From a virus (taxonomy: Duplodnaviria; Caudoviricetes), in IMG/VR virus record IMGVR_UViG_3300014204_000137, positions 1 through 64,000 of that record: 64,000 nt of DNA. One strand, written 5' to 3'. Below, one piece after another: positions 38,143-47,542 of this stretch (positions within the stretch are counted from its first letter, which is position 1; each line of letters begins with the position of its first letter). The translations under genes were made by a program, and so were the position numbers. Below the pieces are notes generated by a model. That model had not been told where the DNA came from and did not search any database. It was given only the letters and a program-made list of their open reading frames with translations.

Positions 38143-39019
38143 AGGAAAATTACCAGACGTTCAAAAAACGAAAATCAAAGATACTGCTATCTCCAGCGTA
38201 GGAGAAGAGAATATTGATTTTCAATTTAAGGTGTATAGAAAAAATCGAAAAGATTTTGTAGCAACCGCAGCTAAAGTAGACGTGTATCATTGGCTACAAG
38301 GAAATCGAAAAGGCACCAACATGTCTAGAATTATGGAAGTACTAATGGCTGGAAGAGAAAAGCCACTCGATAAGAAAAATTTAAAATTACTATTAATGGA
38401 CATGATTACTAGTTTAGAGAGAAAAGAACCAAAAGAGCCTAAAGTTCTAGTAAAGGACGTCTACATAGCTATTCGATTTACATACTTTATGGAGAAGGAG
38501 GCACCATATTCAAAAAAGGTAGGATTATTGGGATATGATTGTGCATTTTATGGTAAGTTAATGCGTACTAATAGTCCAGATAAGTTTTTATTTACACATG
38601 CTATTGAAGTAAATGTTCCAGTAACTTCTCTGTGTCCATGCTCTAAAGAGATTTCAAAATATGGTGCTCATAACCAAAGGAGTAAAATATCTGTAACTGT
38701 ACAACTTAAACCAGATCGTACTCTATGGCTAGAAGATCTGATACAGTTAATAGAAAAGCAAGGATCTTGCGAAATCTACTCTCTTCTGAAAAGGGACGAT
38801 GAGAGAGTAGTTACTGAACGCGCATACGAAAATCCAAACTTCGTAGAAGATATGGTTAGAAAAGCTCGTAGAGCATGCGAAACTTTAAATGAAGTTAAAG
38901 CTTTTAAGGTAGGTGTAGTAAATTATGAGAGTATTCATACTCATAACGCTGTAGCACATATGAAACGAATAAGAAAAGGACGTATATGGATATCACCATA
39001 CAAAAAGGATATACTCTAA
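38129..39019 (+). CDS. folE2: GTP cyclohydrolase I type IB
   Basis: LPDVQ, KGTNMSR, TSLCPCSKEIS..GAHNQRS, LLKRDDE, NPNFVED, ESIH.HNA. Confidence 0.95.
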   Translation: MQYNKGKLPDVQKTKIKDTAISSVGEENIDFQFKVYRKNRKDFVATAAKVDVYHWLQGNRKGTNMSRIMEVLMAGREKPLDKKNLKLLLMDMITSLERKEPKEPKVLVKDVYIAIRFTYFMEKEAPYSKKVGLLGYDCAFYGKLMRTNSPDKFLFTHAIEVNVPVTSLCPCSKEISKYGAHNQRSKISVTVQLKPDRTLWLEDLIQLIEKQGSCEIYSLLKRDDERVVTERAYENPNFVEDMVRKARRACETLNEVKAFKVGVVNYESIHTHNAVAHMKRIRKGRIWISPYKKDIL

Positions 39020-39483
39020 TGCAGCCCAAACTCATCAATAAGATTTACTTAGCAGGACCTCTTGAAGGGAGAACTGCAAAAGAAAGATTTGCGTGGAGAG
39101 ATTACGCAACAGATTACTTGAAGGATTATGGTATTGAAACATATATTCCTGGAGAAGATCTAACTCTAAATGACGCTCATTCAATCACAATTTTAGACTA
39201 TGCCATGATTGATAATTCAGAAGCGTTGTTAGTTAATTTAACTTGTCTTGGTGAGAATACTCCTACCAATACAGGTACACTTATTGAAATAGGTTATGCG
39301 AAGAAAGCAGGAAAACTCATTATTGCATACACCAATAGCGAGTGGCAGAGAGAGAACAGATTCTTAAAAGGAACTGTGGATATGATTTTTAATAAATCAT
39401 TCTTTAATGGAGATCCACTTCAATCTGCATTAGATTACATAGCAAGTTTTAACAAACGAAGGAGGAACGAAAGTGAAGTATAA
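39019..39483 (+). CDS. Nucleoside 2-deoxyribosyltransferase / dNMP N-glycosidase family
   Basis: KIYLAGP, D..MID.SE, GTLIEIGYA. Confidence 0.85.
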   Translation: MQPKLINKIYLAGPLEGRTAKERFAWRDYATDYLKDYGIETYIPGEDLTLNDAHSITILDYAMIDNSEALLVNLTCLGENTPTNTGTLIEIGYAKKAGKLIIAYTNSEWQRENRFLKGTVDMIFNKSFFNGDPLQSALDYIASFNKRRRNESEV

Positions 39484-39739
39484 ACATCAGAAAGATTTCA
39501 AAAAGTTTATTGGAATGATGCAAACAGGATTAGAGCATGGACAAGAGAAATATGGTGATACTGGACTATTTGGTGACTCTCAACTAGAGATGATTGAAGA
39601 AGAATTGCGCGATGTAGCTTCATACGCATATTTACTTTTCTTGAAGATACAGATGCTAAAAAGACGTATGGTTAAGATAACTGACCTAAAAGAGATAACA
39701 GGAAAGATCAGTAAAAACAAATTCAAAAAAGGAGTTTAG
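39473..39739 (+). CDS. MazG-like all-alpha NTP pyrophosphatase (putative)
   Basis: GQEKYG...EEELRD...Y. Confidence 0.5.
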   Translation: MKYKHQKDFKKFIGMMQTGLEHGQEKYGDTGLFGDSQLEMIEEELRDVASYAYLLFLKIQMLKRRMVKITDLKEITGKISKNKFKKGV

Positions 39740-39740
39740 G

Positions 39741-40187
39741 ATGCGTATCCGAATGGTGTTTGGTGGAATTCTAAAGTTCAAAAAATTAGTTAAGGAAGCA
39801 AAGATAACTTATCCAGTAATGCAAAGTGATGTTGGATATGACATGTGCTCAATAGAAGATAAAGTTATTAAACCAAGTACCAGTGAAATAGTTCATACAG
39901 GACTGGCTTTTGAGATTCCAGAAGATTATTATGCTCTTGTTAGAACACGTTCTGGATACGGAGTCAAAAACTCTCTTCAACTACATCATGGACTAATTGA
40001 TCCCGGGTACAGAAACGAAATTACTGTGTGCATTTATAATCATAGTGCGACTGAGTACAGAGTTTCTAAAGGAGATAAAGTTGCTCAACTAGTTATTCTA
40101 CCACGTATAGTACTACCCCTAAAAGAAGTTTCAGAGTTACATCCTTCAGAACGAAATCTTAAAGGACTAGGATCTACAGGTAGGTAA
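39741..40187 (+). CDS. dut: Trimeric dUTPase
   Basis: GYD, RSG, GLIDPGYRNEI, GDKVAQ, R..KGLGSTG. Confidence 0.95.
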   Translation: MRIRMVFGGILKFKKLVKEAKITYPVMQSDVGYDMCSIEDKVIKPSTSEIVHTGLAFEIPEDYYALVRTRSGYGVKNSLQLHHGLIDPGYRNEITVCIYNHSATEYRVSKGDKVAQLVILPRIVLPLKEVSELHPSERNLKGLGSTGR

Positions 40188-40188
40188 T

Positions 40189-41352
40189 ATGAAATCTAAT
40201 AAGAAGCTATTTTGGATTTTTGCTTTATCTGCCTCCGTATATTTCACTCAGGGCATAGAGGGTCTCCCAGGACAAGCATTTTTCTACTACCTTAAAGAAA
40301 CTCTAAAATTTAGTCCATCCACAATCATGTATTTAGGTACCATAACTGGTATCGCTTGGTTGATAAAACCAATTTGGGGATATGTGATGGACGTCTTCAA
40401 ACTTAAAAAACGTACCTGGATTTTACTAGCACTAGCACTAGACCTTATTATTGCCGCGTTTATAGGTTTATGGGCAATACCAGTAGCTATAATAATTGCA
40501 TTGATGACTATAAAATCTACTAACGCAGCATTTAGGGATGTAGCCGTTGACGGTATAATGGTAGTAGAAGGACAGAAAAATAATTGCTGTGGACGCATCC
40601 AATCAATTCAATGGATGGCAATTTCAATAGCTAGCATTTTAACTGGTATTACAGGAGGATATATTGCTGAGAAGTTTAATTATCAGTTAGGATACCTTCT
40701 TCTTATACCCATATTTATTTTAGTCGCAATTCCAGCACTATTCTATAAAGAAAAACCCAAGACTAGAGAAAAATTTAAAGTTGAGAAGATCAAAAAGTTG
40801 TTTAAAGATAAGAGGTATTTAATAGGGGGTATATTATTTATGTTCTTTTACTGCTACAGTCCTAGTTTTGGAACACCTCTCCTATTTATACAGAGGGATG
40901 AGTTTCATTGGTCTAAACTATTTATAGGAGTATTAGGCACAGTATTATCCGCGTTAGAAATTTTAGGTGCAATTGTTTACTATAAATTTAGCAAGAAGTT
41001 GAATGTACGAAAGTGGTTATTGTTTTCAGTTTTTCTAGGAGCCTCTACTACAATGTGTTATCTTTACTACACACCATTCACTGCAATCGTATACGCGGTA
41101 GTATTCTGCATAGTAGGTATGTTTATCCACCTCATTCTCTTAGATTATGTTGCTAGAATATGTCCTAAAGGATTAGAGACAACAGCATTCGCGTTGTTAT
41201 GTAGCGTGATGAATATCGCAGGAACAGTCTCTAGCTTAACAGGAGCAGCTCTTCTTCCAATAGTAGGATTAAAGCCTCTTATAGTAATTTCAGCTCTTAC
41301 GAGCTTTTTATGTTTGGCGTTCATTAAATACGTTAAGGTGGAGACTACATAA
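40189..41352 (+). CDS. MFS transporter, folate-biopterin (BT1/FBT)-like
   Basis: About 12 hydrophobic helices; YFTQG, YYLKE.L, W.IKP.WG...D, DVAVDG..V, QS..W, CPKGLE.T.FALL. Confidence 0.8.
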   Translation: MKSNKKLFWIFALSASVYFTQGIEGLPGQAFFYYLKETLKFSPSTIMYLGTITGIAWLIKPIWGYVMDVFKLKKRTWILLALALDLIIAAFIGLWAIPVAIIIALMTIKSTNAAFRDVAVDGIMVVEGQKNNCCGRIQSIQWMAISIASILTGITGGYIAEKFNYQLGYLLLIPIFILVAIPALFYKEKPKTREKFKVEKIKKLFKDKRYLIGGILFMFFYCYSPSFGTPLLFIQRDEFHWSKLFIGVLGTVLSALEILGAIVYYKFSKKLNVRKWLLFSVFLGASTTMCYLYYTPFTAIVYAVVFCIVGMFIHLILLDYVARICPKGLETTAFALLCSVMNIAGTVSSLTGAALLPIVGLKPLIVISALTSFLCLAFIKYVKVETT

Positions 41353-41907
41353 ATGGGTCCCATAGAGCAAAAAGCCAGAGAGATTTTAAAAGATTTCGAA
41401 GATAAAATAGACCAACCTGCATCCTTATCTGGATTATACCATAAGGGAGAGTCTATGCGGGATCATCTAGAAATGACTACTAGTATTATGAAGCACTTAT
41501 GCGACGCTTATAACATTAAACCAGAAGAACGAGATATGTTAATAGCTTGTTGCCTTTTACATGACATAGGTAAATTTCCCATATCCAGAAAAGGATTTAT
41601 TGAAGGACAAATAAAAGAAGGATGGCTGTATTATGAAGCAACAGGTTGGAGCAGAATAGAAAAACGTATGAAAGAGCATCCAACTCTTTCGGCAGAAATT
41701 ATAGAGAAGTACGGCATACCTAGAAAAGAAGAGATCAAGAGAATCGTGAGTAGACATATGGCTCATTGGTATAAGAATTCTCCACAACCAGAAATGATGT
41801 ACGATTATATGCTGGTAACAGCTGATTATTTAAGTACTCGCCAAGAAGACCTCTATAAGTATGTAGAACGTACTAGCGAGTTTATTAAGAAACCTTCTGA
41901 GGGATAA
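41353..41907 (+). CDS. HD-domain phosphohydrolase
   Basis: H..., LLHDIGK, HP, HM, ADY.S. Confidence 0.85.
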   Translation: MGPIEQKAREILKDFEDKIDQPASLSGLYHKGESMRDHLEMTTSIMKHLCDAYNIKPEERDMLIACCLLHDIGKFPISRKGFIEGQIKEGWLYYEATGWSRIEKRMKEHPTLSAEIIEKYGIPRKEEIKRIVSRHMAHWYKNSPQPEMMYDYMLVTADYLSTRQEDLYKYVERTSEFIKKPSEG

Positions 41908-41915
41908 TATAATTA

Positions 41916-44522
41916 ATGGAAACCACAAAACCTGAGAATTGTATAAAGTGTAAGTTGCATCTAACTAGTTGTGTAACGTCTAGTTTGAACGGACCTACTA
42001 GCGCATACAAGGTAATGGGTACTGGATCAACTACTGCAAAAATTATGTTGATAGGAGAAGCACTAGGTCAACAAGAAGCGTTAACTGGAATACCTTTTAC
42101 AGGATCTGCGGGAAAGCTTTTAAATGATGCATTAGAAAAAGCAGGTCTTACTAGAAACGAATGCTATTTAACAAATGTGATTAAATGTCGCCCACCTGAG
42201 AATAGATCTCCATCAAAAGCAGAATGTAAATTATGCTTACCATTCCTTCTAGAAGAGATAAAAACAGTTAAACCAAAAGTAATAGGATTATTAGGTAGCA
42301 CTTCCTTGGAGATAATTGCAAAACTAAAAGGAATATCTAGAATTCGTGGAAACGTATTTGATATAGATATAGAAGGAGTCATTTATAAAATTATCCCTAT
42401 TTGGCATCCAGCGTATGTTTTAAGATTTCCAGAATTGACAAATTTAAAAGACGAATTGGTGAAGGACTTAAAACTTGCAAAAGAGGTTAGCGAAAAAGAG
42501 AATTACGTAAAAACAAAAACACCAGTTAGATATGAATTAGTGGAAGATGAAAAAGACGTAGAGAAGGTATTTGCATATCTAGAAAAGATTAAACTTAAGA
42601 AAATTGTATCATACGATATCGAGACAACAGGTTTTAATTTTCTGAAAGATGAAATTCTTAGTATAGCGTTGAGTTGTGAGGAAAACGAAGGAATATGCAT
42701 GACTGGCAGTATTTATTATAATTTAGTTTTACCTAAATTAAAATCGATACTAGAATCTCCAGAGATACTAAAAATAGCGCACAATTTAAAATTTGATAAT
42801 AAATTTTTAAAGACTAGTGGAATAAACGTAAAACTGCCATTATCAGATACTATGTTGAGTCACTATTTATTGGATGAGAATAGTACCCACGGACTAAAAG
42901 AACTCGCTTGGAAATATACAGATATGGGTGGATACGATGATGGAGTAGATTACAAAGAGTTTACCCACGAAAAGTTTTATAGTGATGCTGAATTTAGAAA
43001 AAAGATTATGACTTATAACGTTAGCGATACTGATTGTACGTTACGACTATATTCAATATTTAAACCAGAACTTATAAAAGAAAAGTTGGATAAGGTTAAC
43101 GAGTGTATTTTGATTCCACTCTCTCAAGTATTTTTAGAGACTGAGTATGATGGTGTACCATTAGATATTGAGTACATGGATAAATTAGAAAAAGAAATTG
43201 ACGCTAAAATTGCCGATATAGAATTTCGTATGCTAAATTCAATAGAGATTAAAACTTCTGAAAAACTTATTAATACTGTTGACATCAAAGTAGATAATGT
43301 AGTAGTAGAACGTAAAATTATACCGCCCGAAGATAAAAAGTACAAAAAATTTAACTTAAAGTCTACTCACGATTTACAAGTATTACTGTATAAGGTATTA
43401 AATTTGCACGCACTCAAACAAACAAAAACAGGATATTCTACTGATAAAGAATCTATGGATTACTTGCAGGGTAAACATCCTTTCGTAGATTTATTGTTAC
43501 AGTATCGTGGAATTACACACGACAAGTCTGCGTACATAGTTCAGATGAGAAACAATTTGGATAGTAGGGGTAGAGTGCATACTGATTATGGTTTACACAA
43601 AGCAGTTACGGGTAGACCTCAATCCGCTGAACCTAATCTTCAAAATATTCCGCGTACATCACATATCAAGAGACTTTTTATAGCTGAACCTGGATGCCTA
43701 CTTTTATCTGCAGATTATAAACAGATCGAATATCGAGTATGGATAAATTTTGCAAATTCCAAAAAAGGGTTAGAAGATATAGCTAGAGGATTGGACATCC
43801 ATTCAGAAGTATGTTGTATGGTCTGGCCACAGCTATATAAAAAGGTATCAGAAGGACAGTATCAAGTAGTAGCCACAGGAGACATACTTAAAAAGATCGA
43901 TGGCAGAGATGATACTGCAATTCACGAACATCGTGTTAGTGCGAAGAACGTAGTGTTCGGAGTAATCTACGGAAGAGGAATTAAGAGTTTAATGGCTGAA
44001 TACAAATTATCTGAAGCTGAATGCAATAAGATTTGGACAAATTTTTTCGCTATGTATCCAGAAGCAGAACAGTGGTTAGAAAATCAAAAGAAGTTTGTAA
44101 AAAAATATAAGTATGTCAAAAATATGTTTGGTAGGATACGGCGACTTCCTGAAATAGATAGTAATGAAGAGGAGTTTAGAGCAACTGCTATTAGACAATC
44201 ATGCAACACTCCTGTCCAATCTTCTGCTAGTGATATCCTATCTACTGGTACTATCAGAATATTTAATTTGATAAAAAATAATAATATGAAGTCAAAATTG
44301 TTCTTTTCAATTCACGACGCTTTAAAATATAACGTACCATTGAGTGAGTTAGATATGGCAATACAAGTTATAACAAAAGGGATGGGAGATCCAATTCCTG
44401 GAGTAAACTTTCCTCTAGAGGTAGAATTTGAAATAGGTCCTTCGTGGGGAGAGATGATTGGATTAGAGGAGTTCAACGAAGACAGAGAGAAATATTTAAA
44501 ATTATGGAGGATATGCAAATGA
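41916..44522 (+). CDS. polA: Family A DNA polymerase with N-terminal family-4 uracil-DNA glycosylase domain and 3'-5' exonuclease
   Basis: CIKC, GEALG, KCRPPENR, HPAY (UDG); DIETTG, HNLKFD; PNLQNIPR, ADYKQIE, AKNVVFGVIYG, HDA. Confidence 0.95.
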   Translation: METTKPENCIKCKLHLTSCVTSSLNGPTSAYKVMGTGSTTAKIMLIGEALGQQEALTGIPFTGSAGKLLNDALEKAGLTRNECYLTNVIKCRPPENRSPSKAECKLCLPFLLEEIKTVKPKVIGLLGSTSLEIIAKLKGISRIRGNVFDIDIEGVIYKIIPIWHPAYVLRFPELTNLKDELVKDLKLAKEVSEKENYVKTKTPVRYELVEDEKDVEKVFAYLEKIKLKKIVSYDIETTGFNFLKDEILSIALSCEENEGICMTGSIYYNLVLPKLKSILESPEILKIAHNLKFDNKFLKTSGINVKLPLSDTMLSHYLLDENSTHGLKELAWKYTDMGGYDDGVDYKEFTHEKFYSDAEFRKKIMTYNVSDTDCTLRLYSIFKPELIKEKLDKVNECILIPLSQVFLETEYDGVPLDIEYMDKLEKEIDAKIADIEFRMLNSIEIKTSEKLINTVDIKVDNVVVERKIIPPEDKKYKKFNLKSTHDLQVLLYKVLNLHALKQTKTGYSTDKESMDYLQGKHPFVDLLLQYRGITHDKSAYIVQMRNNLDSRGRVHTDYGLHKAVTGRPQSAEPNLQNIPRTSHIKRLFIAEPGCLLLSADYKQIEYRVWINFANSKKGLEDIARGLDIHSEVCCMVWPQLYKKVSEGQYQVVATGDILKKIDGRDDTAIHEHRVSAKNVVFGVIYGRGIKSLMAEYKLSEAECNKIWTNFFAMYPEAEQWLENQKKFVKKYKYVKNMFGRIRRLPEIDSNEEEFRATAIRQSCNTPVQSSASDILSTGTIRIFNLIKNNNMKSKLFFSIHDALKYNVPLSELDMAIQVITKGMGDPIPGVNFPLEVEFEIGPSWGEMIGLEEFNEDREKYLKLWRICK

Positions 44523-45196
44523 AAAAAATAGTTGGAATAGTGAGTGGTGGTTTAGACAGCGTAGCTTTTGCAGCATCTAGAGTACAGCCAGGAGATGAAC
44601 TTTACGTACTAACTTTTAATTACGGTCAAAAAGCTAGCGCAGAAATTTTAGCAGCTCAAGAAGCATTAAAAGGAGTAGCTAAAGAATTTAAAGTACTAGA
44701 TATAACTTTCATGAAAAAGTTGTGGCCTAGAACACAATTAACTGATGACACAGTTAAAGTAGAAGATGGATACACCTCATCAGTAGTAGTCCCTATTAGG
44801 AATGCTGTATTTATTACAATTGGTACTGCATTTGGATATTCTATTGACGCAGACGAAGTTGTAACTGGTTCTCACTTAAGTGATTGTACGATAGATAATG
44901 GAGAACCTATGTATCCAGATTGTAGTCCAGAATTTACGGAAGCTATTCAAACAGCATTGCATTTAGGACACTTTAGAAAACATAGAAAAATTAAAATCCT
45001 TAATCCTGCTGTTTTAGGAATGTCAAAGGCAGATATAGTTAGAGCAGGGTATCCTGTATTAGGCGATAGTATATTCAAAACTTGGAGTTGTTACTCCACT
45101 GGAGAAAAACAATGCGGTCATTGCGAAAGCTGTAATAATAGAAAAACAGCTTTTAGATTAGCGCAAGTAGTAGATAAGACTCATTATCAGAGTTGA
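44519..45196 (+). CDS. queC: 7-cyano-7-deazaguanine (preQ0) synthase
   Basis: SGGLDS, YGQ, VPIRN, YPDC, TWSCY, CGHCESC; start at ATG 44519 overlapping the polA stop. Confidence 0.95.
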   Translation: MKKIVGIVSGGLDSVAFAASRVQPGDELYVLTFNYGQKASAEILAAQEALKGVAKEFKVLDITFMKKLWPRTQLTDDTVKVEDGYTSSVVVPIRNAVFITIGTAFGYSIDADEVVTGSHLSDCTIDNGEPMYPDCSPEFTEAIQTALHLGHFRKHRKIKILNPAVLGMSKADIVRAGYPVLGDSIFKTWSCYSTGEKQCGHCESCNNRKTAFRLAQVVDKTHYQS

Positions 45197-45224
45197 GGTA
45201 TAATATTTAGTACAGGAGGAACAC

Positions 45225-45629
45225 ATGGAAGAATATTCGATACCAGATCAGTGGTTAGAAGTAACGAAGCAGATTGACAATATAGGTGGCATCTTAAGAT
45301 CTGATGCTATTTCAAAAAACTTCAATCCTACAGCAGAGTATAGACGATTGTTAAATGTTCTGACTGGAAGTTATATGTATTTAGTTCCTCTCTTTAAACA
45401 GTATCGTGCAGTTAAAGAGAATAACGAAGTTGCAAAATATGTGCAACTCAAAAACGAACAAACAGTTAAGTTCGTTAGTGCAGCAGCAGAACGCGAAGCG
45501 AGTTCATTTGTTGGTAAGGAAAGATACCTAAGAGATTTCTTAGAAGGTTGGATGTTGGCGGCGGAGAGCGGAATCTATACTTGTAAAAAACATATCGATT
45601 CTGATACCAAAGAAGAGCGACTAGCATAG
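45225..45629 (+). CDS. Hypothetical helical protein (possible recombination mediator)
   Basis: RBS aggagg; coiled-coil character. Confidence 0.55.
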   Translation: MEEYSIPDQWLEVTKQIDNIGGILRSDAISKNFNPTAEYRRLLNVLTGSYMYLVPLFKQYRAVKENNEVAKYVQLKNEQTVKFVSAAAEREASSFVGKERYLRDFLEGWMLAAESGIYTCKKHIDSDTKEERLA

Positions 45630-45664
45630 TTGATGAGTTATAATTTTATTAACGGAGGATAACA

Positions 45665-46441
45665 ATGGACGAATTATGGAATTATAACGTCGAGTTGAAG
45701 CAATTAAAAGTAGTTGACGATCACGGAAATATCCTTAGCAATCGTTTAGCTACTGTCGAACCAGAAACTGGAAGAGTTATAGGAATCGTGACTCCTCGCT
45801 TTAAACTTATTCAAAATAAAACCCTCTACGATGTGATGCAGCAAGTAGGAGAACGTTTAGGGTTGAAATTGAATACAGTTCACGTCTGTCGCAATAAAGC
45901 CCTTACCAGTTTTAGATATGGATTCGCAAAACAAGAAGTAGCTGTTGAGAGTGGAGAGAAAGATGATGTAGTACGATTTGGGGTTGACGTCATCAACACT
46001 TTTGACGGAGGATTGTTTTCGAAACGTATTCAATTTACTGCCGATAGGTTAGCATGTTTAAATGGAATGACCCTACCAAGAGAAATAGGTCGTATCTCCT
46101 TAAATAACCTTTCAGTAGACGAAGGTAGTTTCGCGCGTGTAGTAGAAGGACGAATCAAACCAGTTCTTGAAACTGCACACGTATGGAACGAATGGGCAAA
46201 GTTTACTCCCAACAGATTAAAGGTTGGAGAGTTTATTAGCAAGAAGTTGCCCTCAAAGGTCAGCGCGGATCTTTTAAATAGGTTCGATGCAGGAAGAGAT
46301 AGAACACTTTGGGGATTGTACAATTTAGTAACGTTTTACGCAACACACGAACTTAAGACACGTACACCTGAAAATTTAAGGTTACGTCAAATGGAGTTGG
46401 CGTCAGTAGAGAACTCTTTTTATAATACTGATTTTAAATAA
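45665..46441 (+). CDS. DUF932-family protein
   Basis: GIVT..F.LIQN, NTFDG, RLACLNG, TLWGLYN.VT. Confidence 0.8.
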   Translation: MDELWNYNVELKQLKVVDDHGNILSNRLATVEPETGRVIGIVTPRFKLIQNKTLYDVMQQVGERLGLKLNTVHVCRNKALTSFRYGFAKQEVAVESGEKDDVVRFGVDVINTFDGGLFSKRIQFTADRLACLNGMTLPREIGRISLNNLSVDEGSFARVVEGRIKPVLETAHVWNEWAKFTPNRLKVGEFISKKLPSKVSADLLNRFDAGRDRTLWGLYNLVTFYATHELKTRTPENLRLRQMELASVENSFYNTDFK

Positions 46442-46449
46442 AGGAGGTA

Positions 46450-47064
46450 GTGAAAATGGACCACAGTTGGAAAGATAGTAGTAATGAGAAAGAAATTTTT
46501 AGCAAGGAAGGCTATTCGGAAATAAAACGCCTTGCTATGAAAGAAGGAGAATACACTATTCGTATTCTGGTGGCACCTAAGTTGTTTAGGTTTCACTGGA
46601 TTGATGAAGTCAATCGATCAATCAATTGCGGACCCGATTGCGAACTTTGCGCTTCTGGAGAACGTGGTCAACTAAGGTACGCTGTCACCATTATTGATCG
46701 GGCTGATGGAGCAATTAAGATTTGGGAGTTTGGTCGCAGAGTAAAAACTTCCATTGCTAATATTGCTGACAAGTACGGAGATCCTACGAATTATGACCTA
46801 ACGATTATTCGTAAGGGTATGAAGGCAGAAGATACAGTGTACACAGTAATTCCAGCACGCGAAGAAAAAGCTTTAACGGACGCAGAGAAAAAGCTTCCTT
46901 TGTACGATCTGGAAAAATTGTACGCAGTAACTCCTAAAGAAGTAGTTGCATCATACCTTAAAGGAATCGTTCCTGAAAGGTCAAAAGAGAAGGCAGAAGC
47001 GAAGGATCGTGGTGGAGATAAGATTGTCGAGAAGGGCACCGACGATTTACCTACGCTTTCGTAA
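46450..47064 (+). CDS. Single-stranded DNA-binding protein (gp32-like)
   Basis: IRIL, HW, C..C.LC, YDLTIIRKG, acidic tail DDLP. Confidence 0.75.
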   Translation: MKMDHSWKDSSNEKEIFSKEGYSEIKRLAMKEGEYTIRILVAPKLFRFHWIDEVNRSINCGPDCELCASGERGQLRYAVTIIDRADGAIKIWEFGRRVKTSIANIADKYGDPTNYDLTIIRKGMKAEDTVYTVIPAREEKALTDAEKKLPLYDLEKLYAVTPKEVVASYLKGIVPERSKEKAEAKDRGGDKIVEKGTDDLPTLS

Positions 47065-47074
47065 GGAGTAACGC

Positions 47075-47542
47075 ATGTTTGCAGGTACTTTATTGGGTCT
47101 CGACCTATCTAGCACCGAGACGGGTTGGTGTCTTGCTAAAAACGGTAAAATAGTTAAATACGGTACTATTAAACCTGGTTCAGATTTAGACTCAATTGAG
47201 AAACTTATCTACGTAGCAGAAGAATGCCAAAAGTTAATTATTAAGCATCGCGTAGAAGAGTTAGTCATAGAGGACATTTATTGTGGATGGGTGCAAGCAT
47301 TCTTGATTCTAGCACGACTTCAAGGAGCTATCATCCACATGTGGTATAAAATGAAGTTAAGGGGTCCTGTTATCATCAGAACTGTAACTGCTCGTAAGGC
47401 AATTGGAGCTCCTCCAACAGGAAAGAAGAAAGCTGTAATGGCTGTCGTAAATGCAATCCTCAACAAGGATATTAAGAACGATAATATTAGTGATGCATGC
47501 GTACTAATATTGGCGTATCTAAAAGAAGAGGATCCTAAATGA
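47075..47542 (+). CDS. ruvC: RuvC-like Holliday junction resolvase
   Basis: LGLDLSSTETGW, VIED, DNISDA. Confidence 0.85.
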   Translation: MFAGTLLGLDLSSTETGWCLAKNGKIVKYGTIKPGSDLDSIEKLIYVAEECQKLIIKHRVEELVIEDIYCGWVQAFLILARLQGAIIHMWYKMKLRGPVIIRTVTARKAIGAPPTGKKKAVMAVVNAILNKDIKNDNISDACVLILAYLKEEDPK

